A DNA stretch of 64,000 nt from Vicugna vicugna (Eukaryota). The stretch covers positions 2,046,001 to 2,110,000 of the forward strand of contig MU058213.1 of assembly GCA_013265495.1 (NCBI GenBank). Direction: 5' to 3'. The notes under the pieces were generated by a model. It was not told the DNA's origin. It saw only the letters and a list, made by a program, of their open reading frames with translations, and ran no database searches. The translations under genes were made by a program, and so were the position numbers. Of the stretch, positions 48,631-63,010 are shown one piece after another. Each line of letters begins with the position of its first letter. Positions within the stretch are counted from its first letter, which is position 1.

Positions 48631-51600
48631 GTGGATTTATTAGTTTTAAATATGTAGACATATAGAACACTCCCCAAAATGAAGGGGGCTGGTATTAACA
48701 TTAAATGTTTGCCTAGGCTAAATTTAAAGTAAAACAGCAGAAAGGAGGACTCTTCTGGAAGGAAAAACCCTTCCTGAAACAAAACCCAGTGACTCCACTG
48801 GGAGAGGTTTTTCTCCCACCTGCGTGTAGAGGGGATTGTGGGAAGGCTGTTCTTGAGACCACTGTCACTGATTCCCGGGACACGCTATTTCTCTATCATC
48901 TGTTGTTCAGTACTCCACATCTATATATTGTTTGCTCAACACTCCTTTTGTTCTTTATTGCTTAATATCCTGCACCTGTGAAGACAAGAAATCTGACCCT
49001 GAGGCCACCCTCCTATTTTAGTAAAGCTCCTGGGCTTCCTACGAGGTCTGATTTCCACAGAGTTTGTAGGAGGGTTGAGCGCCATCCTGTTATCTTGTTA
49101 GGAACCTATAAACCTCTCAGGCTTACCCTCTACCCTGGTTACAGACTTTCAAGGCAGCCAGGCCAACTCATGTTCTACTGGGGAAGTTAACAAGGCAGAA
49201 AGGAGCTTGATTACCTGCTAATAGCGGGAGTTATTACTGAAGCACGTGAAAAAGGAGAAAGCACTATGGGTGGAGGAGATAAAAGGTAAGACCCTCGTGG
49301 AACATAATCAAATGAGAAGAGTTAGGTTACAGTCAGGATTCATGTTTGGAACATTTCCACCCCTGGCCTTCCTGCAGCTTGTCCCAGATGTTTGTGGTCC
49401 ACCCTGGACTCCCTCTGATGGTTGGCAGGAGCTTCTGTTCTGCCTTCCTGCACCAGAGACAGGCTGTGGGCTACCTGACAGGCTGGCTCACTCGTCAAGC
49501 TCTTCTTTTTCAGTCTTTTGGCTTCCAAATCTGAATTTTCAGTAGTTGGTTGACTCCTAGCAAGAGACAAGACCTAATCTGGGAATGAAGCCAGGACCCA
49601 GGGCAGCCAAAAGGCAAAAATTGGCTGTGAAAATAAACCTAGTTCTTCCTCTGGGACTCTTGGATGTTAATGATGTTATGGAGGCAAACCGTTTGTTTAT
49701 TTTAGGGTCCATATTATTGATATATTTATATATGTTAGACAAATAACTGGAACTTCAGAATTAATGTAACTGTGAACATATGTTGTAAGCAGTTGCTAAG
49801 AACATCGGTGTGGGTAACAGAGTTACGTCAGACAGAGTGGGAGAGAGCAGAGGGTACTTCTATTAACAACCAGAGTATTATCAAAGCGTATTGAGGGGGA
49901 AATGTAATTTGTTTCCGTCTTACAAACGAATTTTGTTGCCTTAATTTTTTAAATACAAAAAGATTATTAGTAAATAAGTAAAATCATTTATTTACTATAC
50001 AGAGAAAAATCACTATTAATATTTTGGCTTAGTGTATTTTATTGTACCTATATATTTACCATAAGTTATACTTGTGAGAATTTTAAAGTAGTGTATGATA
50101 ATTACAGAAATATGGAAAAATGGAAAATGGAAAGAAAATTAAACTCATCTATAATTCGGTTACTCATAACACTATTGACATTTTGGTGTACATTCTTGTA
50201 AAATGTGTGTGTGTGCACACCATTTGTTGAATCATATGCAATATATACTTTAACAAAATTGAGTTACTGTATATAGTCTGTTTTATAATCTTCATTTTCT
50301 ACCTAATGATGTATCTTGAACATTTTTCCACATTCTATAAAACATGACATTTAACAATTTAATAATATTTCATCACACAGGTGTGCTGTAGTTGACTTAG
50401 CGGTTTTCTTATTTTGGATATTTAAGTTGTTTCCAATTTGTCATGGTAGGATAGAAAGTGGCAGGAATTCAGCATTTTGGCGTTCAGTATCAGATGGACT
50501 TGCTAAAAATGACTCCTCATTCTGTCCGTTGCTTCCAGATCCTGCTGTTTCTGGAAATTTACTGTGTCAACCATCTCCCTTTTCCTCAGTAAGGACATGG
50601 ATCTTGTCATAGGATGGTAGAGCTAAGACTGTGGGTGCAGCGAGGCCAGATGGACCTGGGCTCACATCTTAAACCTGCCATTTCCCAGGTCTCAAAGACT
50701 GAGTTACCTCATATTTAAAGTAGCATTATTGTAAGGATTACATGGCACAGTGTATCTAAAATGTATATGACTATTTAGCTGATAATAGTGTCATCATTTA
50801 TTGGCTCTTCTTTGAGATATAATTACTGAGCATTTTAACCTGACAGGCATTGTGTTAGGTGCTAAAGATACAAAGATGAGACAAACAAGCAGAGCCTGGC
50901 CTTGTGGCTTTTCCAATTTAGTATGATAAAAAATCGTGAAGCAGTCACACTTTAAAAAATTCAAAATTGCAGCTATAGCAAGTGCTAGGAAGGACAGAGA
51001 CCGTGGTGCAGTGAGCCCTGTCATAGGGAATTTGATGTGGCCACAGAAGGCCTCTTGTCTGTGTTCTGAAAAAGGGCTGCAGGAAGATTGGTATCCACCG
51101 AAAACACTCTGCTTGCTCTAAGATTTTTTTGTCTTCTCTCCCAAATGATCAGAAACAGTATGAATGTGACTTTGCAATGATAGGCTGCAGACTAGTACCA
51201 GCAGGGAATGTCTTAAACTCTTTCCTGCCCACCACACATGGCCTTTGATCATGCTGCTTGCTGACAGCATCAGTGTGCTCACAGCCTTTCACACGTGCCT
51301 CCAGAATGGACCTTTGTAATGTGCTTTTCTTTGCCTGGATTCCTGTTGTCTCCCACCTTCTTTACTCTGCCACCCTGGCAGTCTTTGTATTGTCAGAGCT
51401 TAGCAGGATGCCCAGCATACAGCTGGTTCTCACAACATGTGTGGCACATTGACTTAGAAGCCAACATAATATTTCAGGGTAGAGCAGACAGTACCTGCCT
51501 AGAATGATGTAGGGAAGAAGCAAGGAATTTCTGGCCCCTGCCTGTACCAGAGCCCTAAGACAATTCCGTGTGCTAAGGAGTGGAAGGAGAATATCAAGGG

Positions 51601-53329
51601 GCAGCTGCTAGAAGGGGTTCAGTGGAAAAGAGGGGAAGGGCTTTCTAGACAAGGGGACATGATGTCTGCCACAGGTAAGAAGGATGAGCACTGTGGCCTG
51701 CAGTAGGAGCCCTGAGGTATGGCTGTGCCGGGAGCAGACGGAGACTGGGGAGAGGCTGTTGGGTGGATAAACAGGAGATGACACTGGGGAAGTAGCTGGG
51801 GCTGGGGTGGGAAATGTCTTCTGTCATTTATATTAGAAACAAATTTAAAAAACACACAAGCTGGAGAAGAGAAGAGGGCTTAAAAAATACAATTTAAATA
51901 CTGCTAATGATCTGACAGAACAGAAAAATAACACAGAGGAAAACAAATCCTCTTAGCTGTGATCAGCATGCTTAAGGATCTTGAACCTGACAAGTGGTTC
52001 AGGAACTGAAACCTCCAGGTATCCTTGCTCCTGACCTTGGAATCACAGAGTTAATATCATCCTCAATGTCTGAAGTTAAATGAACCTTTAGACCAAAGAA
52101 ATACAGAATTTTCCTTTAAAAATGTTTTGGTTAGTTTTCATATTTTTATTGTAAGGTACATAAACAATAAGATTTTTATATTTTACCTCACAAATACATT
52201 CCTTATTATTAACAAATGTCTTCATACACAAACAGATTAGAAACTATTTGTATAAAATTTCAAGTTTAAGCAAAAATAAGCAATCTGTTACTGGAATAAG
52301 TAGGTACTTCATATACTTACTTCCATTTTGTTGTCTATAGATTCATGTAGGTTTTATGGGAATATATTCCTACAAATAGAACTCATTTTGTTACTTCTTG
52401 TCCTGATTTCTAGAAACACATTTAGGGGCTTGTATCTAATTCTGGTCTCTGAGGATTCAGGTTGTGACACCTCAGCCAGATCAGATTACATCAACCAGTG
52501 GACAATTATGTAGATCTTGCCACCAAACATTCTGCTTTGGTGCCAGGCCTGGGAAAAATAGGTATGTGAATCAGAGTCCAAGAAAACAGATTCAGACTGG
52601 GGTAATTTGAAGAGAGTTTCTTTGCATGGGAGTAATTACAAAAGTTTAAAGTTGGGAAAGTCATACCAGTTTATAAGAGTTGAGTAACCCCTTTCATTCC
52701 CAGTTTTGCATATCATTGTCTATTTGGAAAATAAAATGCAAAGTACCTGTTTGCATACATCAGTTATTTTATATACAATTAAAATGAATCAAGAAGGTGA
52801 AACAAAAGACTAAAGAAAGCCTATTGTAGCAGCCAGAGTGTGTTGAAATCAAATCATGGTTTTTAAATTTAGAATACATTGCTTTACCTGAGGACACAGG
52901 TCCAGAGAAAGGTAGCAAGTACTTTCTCTGTTTACTAGACACTCTCTGTCTGCTGCTGGGGTGCACACTGACAGCCTCTTCCGTCCCATTTCCAGCTCTG
53001 CAGGTGTGTCTTTTATTGATTGCCTGCCCACCAAATCAGGAGCTGATCTGCCTTATTGAAAAGCCCTGTTGTTTACAATATGTTTTCATTAGTTTACTAA
53101 GTGGTATAAACGTCTTAATTTTAAACTGCACTACGGTGCCTATCCTGCCGCTTGAAATTATCTTGATCCTCGTTCTCAGCCCTGAGTCTACACATGGGCT
53201 TTTTATTGGCCAGCATGAATGCTGGAGTAGTTTTAGCTGCCGTTTTACAAAAGAAGTGCCAGGCAGCACCAAACTAGCCCATGGGTGGCATTTGGGGACA
53301 GCAAGAGAAGAAGGTCACAGTCTCTTCTG

Positions 53330-54400
53330 AAAGTTTTAATGTTTTGCTTCTGTGCCTACATGTTTAATATAAATGGGATTAGTTTTTGTGAATAGTGTGA
53401 GGTAGGAAATCAAGATTTACTTTTTTATATGGAATTCCCCCCCCAGGACCATTTATTGAGTAGTCCACTGTTGTCCCACTGATTTGCAATGCCATCTTTG
53501 TTAGAGATCACATTTATTAATATATGTTGGTCAGATTCTGGGCTCTAGATTGTGTTCTGTTTGTCTGCTTTATTTTTTTTTAATCAATGCATAACATTTA
53601 AGATGAATTACTACTAACTCTCTAAACTAATTTAGCTTAATAAATCTTGCTATTTTGTTGGGTAATGTTCCCTCTAATAATCAGTTTTGGGGGAATATTT
53701 TCTATTTATTTTACTGTTCTATAGAAATTTGAAATTAGCTTATAATTTTCTGTGAAAAAATTCTTGTTAGGATTTTGATTGAAATTACACAAATTTATAG
53801 TTCAATTTGGGAAGGATCAATATCTATAAACACTATCTTCCTATCTATAAGCAGAGTATGTTTCTCCATTATTTGTCTTCTTTAATACTTCAGTGAAGAT
53901 TTATAATTTTCTCTGTAAGATTATCACATATGTTATGCCATTCATTCATTCATTTATTATTTTCTTGGAAGGCTTACTTTTCAGACCAGCATATTTGCCA
54001 GAAAACTTTGTCATTCTTGATTTTAAAGAAGTCTTTTTAAAAAAATAATTAGTAATGATATTTCTGTAGGTTTTTATCAGGTTGAGTAAGTTCCCTTCTA
54101 GACTTACTTTGTACTATAAATAAATGTGAGATTTCATTGAATGCTTTAACTTATTTGTTGGCTATGGCTATATCATTTTCATCTTCAAACTCAATGTTGA
54201 AAATTATGCTAACTGATATACTAAAACATTCTAACATCTCTAGGATTTAAATAGCAGTTTATTTCACTCCAGAGTTGTATTTTTTCCACTACACTCTTTT
54301 ATCTCTCAATGAAATGAACTCCTGTTCTAATTTTATGATGGACCCTTTTTTGTTTTCCTCACTTATATTTAATAGATTTTATGGTACTAATGAATCTATG
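53330..54400 (-). mobile_element. Old L1ME ORF2 fragment
   Basis: TTTTTGTGAATAGTGTGAGGTAGG; GGATTTTGATTGAAATT; AAGTTCCCTTCTA. Confidence 0.75.
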
Positions 54401-55569
54401 AAATTAGTGATATTACAAACTTAGTTTGAACTTCAACAACCTATGAATTTGATCAAGTTACTTAATATACACATTTATTAAAAGAGATTTTTAGTTTTTA
54501 CCTTGCAGAGTGGTATGGAGATTAAATGAAATAGTGTTTAAGTTGCTCACACAGCCCAAGCCAGGCATATTTGTGTATTCACATAAAGATAGTTATTTTC
54601 TTTAAGACATTTTTAGGTTGTTTTAACGAATGGCTGATTTTTTAAATGTGCAGATTGTACAATTCATATTCCTTATATCCTAATTCAGTTTATTTTCAGA
54701 AATAAAATTTCCAGGAAGGTAGGTGATTCAATAATCCTAATCTCTTTTAGAAAGAGCCTTTAGTTATATCTTGGTAATGTATAAAATCTACACTGTAAGA
54801 AACAGATACATCCCAGAATGTCTCAGCAGGGGAGCAACGCTCATTGACTATGAGAACATAAGCTGGCTTCAGAGGAGTCAGGTCTCACAGGGTAGGGCCC
54901 AACAATAAAGCTGAGGGTTTAGAATAGTAATACTAGAAAGACCTAGGTAGAGCCACTTCCTAGCCTATAGGTACTTGAAGGCATTGTTGGGCCATGATGT
55001 TAAGAACAAAGAAAAGGCCCAGAGAAGACGTCCATAGACCCAAGGTCCAAAAACAGTAATCAGCAGTAGAGACTTCATGCTAAAATTAAAAATTTTTTTT
55101 AACTTTCCATTGACGAAATTCAAGATTGATCCTAGAATTTAGATGGAGCTTGACTTAAAAGTTTTAACTTTCACCAGTTGTCAATTTGTGTCAAAAATTG
55201 TGGAAGATGTCAAAAGACCCTAGAAAGAATATAGAGCATGAACTAGGCAAGGCATTTCATAGGCTAATTTCTTACATTCTTCCTAGATAGGAAGAATGTG
55301 TCCTTTAGATAGAGAAATTGACTTCAAAACAGTGACTACCCAGTGATACAAATGCGAAAGACGAAATAGCAAGGTTAAACATGGACCACTGTTGTAGAAT
55401 AGACATATGTTTTCTTTGCCTACTCAATACCTCTCTTAAATTCATAACCCATGTGGTTTGAGTGAATCTGAACCTTCAATGAAAGAAGTAAACATGTAAC
55501 CAAAGTTAGGCCAAGCAAAACATTTCACAGCCTTGAAGAGACTGGTTGAGGATGAGCATGTGACATTTC

Positions 55570-56580
55570 ATCTAAGTTTTCATATTAATGGTCATGAAGT
55601 TATTCATAGCATTCACTTATCACTCTTTTAATACCTGTAGGGTCTCCAGTGATATCCTCTCATTTCATCACTGACATTGGTAATTTGAGTCTTCTCTCTT
55701 TATTCTTGATCAGTCTAGCTAGAACTTTATAATCATCTTTTGGATTGATTTTCTCTATTATTTTTCTGTTTTCTATTTCAGTGATTTCTGCTCTTATGTT
55801 TATTATTTTTTTCCTCCTAATTTCCTTGGGTTTAATTTGCTTTTTTACCAGCTTCTTCCAAGTAGAGGCTTAGAATGTTGCTTTTAGTCCATAGCTATGT
55901 TCCTCAAATTATAGTGTGTTGGGTTTTCATTTTCATTTATTTAAATATTTTACTTGTTATTTCTTATTTAGAAATGTGTTGTTTCATTCCAAATATTTTG
56001 AGAATTTCAAGATAGTGTTATGTTTTCTTTCTTAATTTAATTGTATATGATCAGAGAATATGCTTGGTATGATTTTGTTCTTTTAAATTTACTGAAATTT
56101 GTTTTATGAATCAATATATGGTATACATTGGTGAGTATTCCATGTGGATTTGAAAAGAAGGTGTATTCTGCAGTTATTGGTCAGAATGTTCACTATGTCA
56201 ATTAGGCCAAGTTGGTTCTTCGTGTTTTTCAGGTCTTATATATCTCTTTTGATTTCTCAGGTACTCTGCCCTGGAAATTTTAGCCACTTCTACTTTCCTG
56301 AAATCTGAGCTCTTTTTCTAAACTCTTTTCAGATCATTCCTTTCTATTCGGCTCTCTGGAAATTGCATCAAGGTAGAAGGTATGGGAAATTACGAGGTTT
56401 ACCTCATTTCTTTTATTTCTGTCTGGCATCATAGCCCTACACTGACTGCAGTCCAATATCTGAAAATTGTGGGGGTTTTCCCCTATACTTTTCTAGTTTT
56501 CTGGTTGTTTATGATAGTAGGTTAATTCTGAATTCTGGTACTCCTTCAGGACTGAAAGTGAAAATCAGCTTGCTTGCTTT
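55570..56580 (-). mobile_element. Old L1M fragments
   Basis: GGTAATTTGAGTCTTCTCTC; GATCAGAGAATATGC; TTTGAAAAGAAGGTGTATTCTG. Confidence 0.8.
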
Positions 56581-59500
56581 TGTTTGGGTAGCTAATGGTG
56601 AAATAGAGAAAAAGGTATTTATATATCTGAGTAAATTGCTGGAGAACTCATTAGAACTTTAAAGGACAATCTTAATAACTAATTTGCTCTACAACTCAGT
56701 GCTTGCACATATAAAGGAGAGGTAAGAATATGTGATTCTGATGAATACACATGCCAAGCACATTCAGGGCTCATGAACCTTGACTTCTGCCTATGTGCTT
56801 TGACTTGGCTTATGCCTGTAACCCTCTGAGATATGTTTATTTTTGGATAGGAACTACTTGCCTAAAGTCATCTTCGTAGAATTTATTCCACATCAGAGTT
56901 ATTTAGCAAGGGATATTTGAATCATAGCACCTTTAGGTTTTATTATTCCAAGTAATTTTGAATTTTAGATTGGAACCTGTAAACTAAGAAACACCTTTGA
57001 ATTCTAAGTGAATTACTTTGATATTGCTTTTATTGTCAGTGTAACCAGCATTATTGGTAAGAGGAATTTGAACTATTTTGCATTAAAAATGAGCTGTTTC
57101 TATTTTACTTCCTCGAGGGGCAAAGAAGACAGGGAAATAGCATAGAAGAAGAAAAGAAGAAAAAGAAGTGGATAAAATAGCAGAGTGGAGGCTGGAGCCC
57201 AGGTTATACATTTTGAAAAGTTGGAAATTAGTAATAAGAAGGAGGAGAAGGAAGGGGGAGACAAGAAGACTAAGGAAGGAGAAGGTTTTGAGAAAAAAGT
57301 CTACTTACTGGTAAATGTTTGTGTTTCTGTGATGTAAATACTTCTTATAACTCAAATCCTTGGTAGAGTTTGCTGGCGTGAATTTTGTAGAAATTCAGGA
57401 AGTCGGTTGGTTTCCACATTTGCATGGTCACCAGGCAGACTAAAAATAGCATGCATGAGACAGAAATTCTCCTCTCAGCTGAATTAGTATTGGGAAAAGA
57501 AGCTCAGAGTCAGACTTGCAAACATAAACTCCTAGGAATTTTCATGAACCTGAGAGAAGATATTAAAATTTTTAAATTCCATGGAAGAGAGATTTAGCAA
57601 AATATTACTGTACATCCATTGAGCAGAATGACCCTAAGTGACCTCTTTGTTAACCCCAGGCTCTGCTGCCTAATGCCAGTAATACTTGAAGAGTCACTGA
57701 GCATCTATTATTAATCTGCTGCTGCTGGCAATGGCAGTCTGCTGAGGGAAAATTATGCAGAGATAAGATTCTGTTTCTTCCTCATGTTTTGACAAAGGAT
57801 TAGGAGGAAAATTATACGAAAAATGAAATGATTGAATAGAAATGTTATATGATAAACTAGCTTCTTGGGGGTGACACTTGCCTTATTAGACGGAAAGCAT
57901 GGTCATGAGCTGGTGTGAAGGTTTTCTTCAGTGTTGCTTAAGATAATGAATGCAAAGTTATTTTTGAAACAGCTTGGTCACCCAGAATTTATTTCATTCC
58001 CAAAGGCAGTTCATAAATTAAGACTTATACTTAACATGCTGCTTTCTTAATTTGGAACATGTTAGTGTAAGAAAATGACACATATTATTTTGAGACTTCT
58101 AATTTAGCTCTCACAGAAATGGTATTTTTATGCTCAGATGAATGTTATATGTCATATTTTAATTTCTTCATTTTTGATAAGTACATCTATAATCTTGGTG
58201 GTTAGGTAGAAATTAGAGTAGGCAATATATTATCTAGTATTCTATCACTTGAAACTCTGTTTTGTAGCATATTTACACAGTGAAAGCTGAAGATAATGTA
58301 AATCACTGACTTTGGCATGCATCTTGAATTATTTGCTTAGGAATATTATTAAATTCAATTGTGCTTGATTTTATTTTAGTATTATGACATGACTTATACA
58401 ATTTCCAGTGATTAAAAATAACTCACAGTTGTATATAGTACGTCTCATTATTTTCCTCATAATGAGATTTGGAAATAGGCTCAGAAAAATAATGCTTGTC
58501 TGTGGCCTAACGGCTAACATATTTCTCTTACATTTTAGAAGTATAAATATGCTTAGAGTTCATGTTCATGGTTTATTTTAATCTTCAGAAGGGTGATACA
58601 TTGATTAGAATAAGTACCCAACAAGACTCAGTCATAATTGCATGATTCGAACTATAATTTTATGCCATAGGTATATTTTATTTGAGATTGAAATATTAAG
58701 AAGTTTTTATATGCATTTAGAAATATATCTGGGTAATGCTGTTTAGTATTTTGACTGCTTAACATTTAATTACTGAAAATTGTTAACTTTGATTTTTTTC
58801 CTCAGTTGAATGTTGTAAATGAACACATACATTCACAGAACAATAAAGCTAGTTACTCTGCATTCATTAAAGCAGTTAATGAACACAGTAAAACAAACTA
58901 GAACAAAAAAGTACCCTATGTAGTCTTCATAATAGTTTGATACTTAAAATTTTTGATATTTAAAATATTTGAATATTTAAAAATGAATGAAGTTGTGTGG
59001 CATGTAGGAAATTATATTGTACAGTTATTGATTGTACTTGCCAGATAAAATTGTTTCTTTTCAAACTTCTTTTCAGTCCAGACTTAACATGTTACCCCAA
59101 CTGCATCACAAAATCAAATTGTAAACACAAATGGATGTTCTGAGCCACTTGCTCCCAGATTTTTAAATTTCACAGACTGGTGAAATTAAAAGGAAAACAA
59201 ACGAAGAGGTTGGCCCAGGTTTGTTAGTATTTCCCATTGCCAGTGAAAGCATTCAACAGAACAAAACAAAATTTGCAATTATCATTATTTCATATAAGAA
59301 AGGATATATAACCCCCCCCCAAAAAAAGGCAAAAGGAAGGTTATAATCTTTTATAGAAGAAGTCTTTGAGAAGAACAGTTTGCAAGACAAATTATCTCTC
59401 TCAAATTTTTTTTTCATTTTTCATGCTATGAACTTCCAATCTCATGTTCAGTAAACTCCATCTAAATGTGTATCCAGGGAACACAATTCTTGGCTGTTAC

Positions 59501-60099
59501 CCAGGCCCTGCTTTTATCTTCCTGGCCAGATTCTTGGCTCCATACCTCATTTCTGATACCTGTTTGTGATGTCTTTTCATTGCATAGTCCTTATGATATC
59601 AGCTCTGGACTAGGGGACCTAGGTTTTATTTAAAGGTTTTGGGTTATGCACACTCTCTTGGCTTTGTCATTCACTGCTGTTTAGGTGAGAACCTCTGTGC
59701 TACCCTCTTTGCTACGTTTTGCTATTTCTACCCTCTCTGCTAGTAGTAGCAGCTACTACTGTGCTACTGATCTCCGCCCGAGCGGTGATAGCCCCGGCTT
59801 TGATTATAAATTCAGGCTTGTTCCTCCCCACTTGAATCAAATCTCCATTCTGCTCATTATATCAGCACTGTGCATATTCTCTTCCTGAATATTAATGATC
59901 CTTCTTTGCTCATGACCTTTAAAAAAAGAATTTATTTTGTTCAGTTGTAGGATAATAGTTGTCTACTTGTCTTATGTTTCAAAGATGTGTGGGACTTTTA
60001 TTACTTAAAAAAATAACTTGCTAAGGTGAACTTCACATGATAATGATTCACAAAATTTCAAAATGAAAGAAGGCTATTTTGAGGCTCCTCCAGCGGGTG

Positions 60100-61060
60100 G
60101 CTTAGAGTTAGAGGGAACTTTAGAGGCCATTGTTCCACCATTCCACTCCCGAATTAAATGGTCATCCAGCCTCTAACTGGATACTTCTAGTCATGAGGAG
60201 ATAATCGCCACAGAAGTCTGGGCATCATCACTGGAATTTTCTCTCTTACAACGACCTGTAATCTGTATGTCTATATCTTTTTCTGTTAACAGTGCTTTAA
60301 TAATTTGAAGATACCTGTTAAGTGCCCCAGGGGGACTCTCTAGGTTAAATATTCCTAGTCCTTTCAACCATTTACTTTTCATATGACATATTTTTCAGAT
60401 CTGTAATCTTTTAGACTTAATTTTCCTAGATATATCAACTATCTTAACAGCATTCCGATTCTCATTGACTCCCAAAGCTGGACACAGTGTCACTGAAAAA
60501 AGAGTCTTACAGAACAGAGAATAGTGGACTATTTCTTCTGGATCATCTGGACAACTTACTCCTCTTAATAGTGTGTAAGACTGGGTTAGAGTCTTAAAGG
60601 TGTCCTTATGAGTTTTGTGATCAACTAAAATCCTAAATTCAATCTTTGCTGCAGAAACACGTTCTTTCTAACCAGTTTTTGTACATTTGGATTTCTGAAC
60701 CCAAATTTGGAGCTTCAGATTTATCTTTGTTAAAATTAACCTCGACAGTACATTTTAGCATTCACTGTAAGATAGAGATGCTTCACATTATAGATGGAGG
60801 TCACTTTGAATTTGAATTTTATTTATAATATTGTATATTCTTTCCATTTCCTATTATTTATACATTCAGTTCAGTTTTAAAAATAAATCTGTGTCAGTGA
60901 TAAACATTAAAATGGACCTATACTCTATATTTGAGACCTCTCATCAAGTTTATACTTTGTCACTAATTCTTATTATTTGGGTATAGTTCTCTAAAAGCCA
61001 TGAATCCAAGTAGGTATATTCTGTTATTCAGACCATGCTTTTATACAAGGATGTAACTGG
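60100..61060 (-). mobile_element. L3/CR1 LINE 3' fragment
   Basis: Minus-strand peptide WLKGLGIFNLE resembles the CR1 ORF2 C-terminal RLKELGLFSLE motif. Confidence 0.7.
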
Positions 61061-61429
61061 AAACTTTACTGCTTGAGGTCTAAAAGATAATGGTTTCTAA
61101 ATAGCCATCTCAAACATAAAATGATCCAATTCAATAATTTTTGCATATACTATTTTTGTTTTTTAAAGGTTCATTGGACTTTTTTTTCTATTATAATTAA
61201 AATGTAATATCTTTATCAAAAATGTGTTTTTATTCTGGGTTCCTAGAAAGCAGAGCCTGCAGCAGCAAAGTGTTGCTGCCTAAAGAGGTGCAAACGTGTG
61301 TGCAGTGAGATAGAGGAAAAAAGAGAAGAGAGGCAAAGAAAGACATGAAACATAGTGAGCTGGAAACAGACCTAGCAGGTTGCTCAGTGGGCGTGCTTAC
61401 TTGGTGTTCCGCTCTTCCCAGGGGATTGT

Positions 61430-62170
61430 AAAAGGGAATCTGGTGAGGGCTCTCTTTCAGGATTGCAGATGGCTGCCTTCTTGCTGTGTCTTCACGTGGC
61501 AGAGAGAGACTGAGTGCTCTAGAGCTAGCTCTCTGGTGTCTCTTCTGATAAGGGCAATAATCCCATCATGAAAGGCTCACCTTCATGACCTCATCTATAC
61601 CTAATTACCTCCCAAAGGCCCCATCTCCAATTATCATCACATTGGGGCTTAAGGCCTCAACATATGAATTTAGGGGACACAATTCAGTTTATAGCATCCA
61701 CACCTGTCCACCACCCAAGTTCATTCTTCTCACATGCAAAATGCATGCATTCCATCCCAACAGCTCCCAAACTTTTGACTCATTCTAGCGTCAACTCTAA
61801 AGTCTCAAGGCCAACATCTCATCTAAATATCATCTAAAACAGATATGGCTGAAATTCAATATGCAGTTCATCCTGAGGCAAAATTCTTCTCCAGCTATGA
61901 ACTTGTGAAACCAGACAAGTTATATACATCCAAAATATTGATGATGGACAGGCACAGGGTAAATATTCCCATTTGAAAACGTAGAAATTGGAAGGAAGAA
62001 CAGGGTGACAGGTCCCAAGCCAGTCCAAAACCTAGCAAGGCAAATTCCATTCAATTTTAAGTCTCAAGAATAATTCTCTGTGGTTTGATGCTCTGCCTTC
62101 CAAGCCCAATGGGGTGGCAGTGTTTTGGCTGCTACCATGGCTCTTTGGGGGAAGCCCTGTCCCTTTGGCT
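61430..62170 (-). mobile_element. MaLR 3' LTR (MLT1A-like, 61430-61696) plus adjoining internal sequence
   Basis: LTR ...CTAATTACCTCCCAAAGGCCCC...GGGGACACAATTCAGTTTATAGCA, followed by MaLR-int CTCACATGCAAAAT...CATCCTGAGGCAAA; purine tract at the junction. Confidence 0.88.
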
Positions 62171-62566
62171 CAATATTGGGCAGAAAACAATAGGAAAAAT
62201 ACACATTGCTAATTGTGTAAATCAGTGCAGTCTTTCAAAAGAGCAGCTTTGCAATGCAAATCAAAAGCCATACAATTTTGCATATCCTTTGATGCAGTAA
62301 TTCAATTCTGACTATTTGTAATAATGACATTTTTATAGTTGTACAAAATATTTCAGTACTAAAATGTGTATTACAGTTTGTCTATTATAATTTAAAAAGT
62401 AGAAATTTCAAATGCCAACAACCAGAGATAGATGTAGTCATTTAATAGACTAGTATGCAGCCAAGAGGAGTGACAATTAATATCATTATTCAGTCCATTT
62501 AATGCCATATAAAAGATTCAAGGTAAAAGATATTAATAAAGCAAGTTACCAAGTAACATTCCAATT

Positions 62567-63010
62567 ATGGTAGATGCTATGTGAACCACAGCTGTACACC
62601 TTCACCCTCACTGGGTGTATGCTTGCTGTACTTCTCATTGCCGGCGTCTACTTCTCTTTGCTTGAGTTTTCTTTGTCCATGTGCTTAGCAGGCCAGAAGT
62701 GCTGAAGAATTATACCCCTAGATGAGCATTGACACAGTAATTGATGGAGTTCATGTATGAACAGTCCAGGCCACTCACCCCTTTGTTGAGATAGCTTTGT
62801 GGCCCATGTTTCATTCTGACAGTGGGAGTCAGAATTCCTCCTTGGGATCAGCTCCAGGTCCTCACAGTGGTTGCTTCCTGGGTAAATCCACTTCGCTGGC
62901 TGCTTTCCCTTTTTCTGTCTCACTTTCCTACCTGGGTTTCTTGACATCATTGCTCAAATGAACTACTTCCACTTGGATCCTTGTCTTCTAGGGAAATCCA
63001 AACTAAAACA
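62567..63010 (+). mobile_element. LTR16-type ERVL solo LTR nested in an L1ME 3' end
   Basis: GGGATCAGCTCCAG...CACAGTGG; AACTACTTCCACTTGGATCCTTGTC...GGGAAATCCAAACTAAAACA. Confidence 0.8.
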
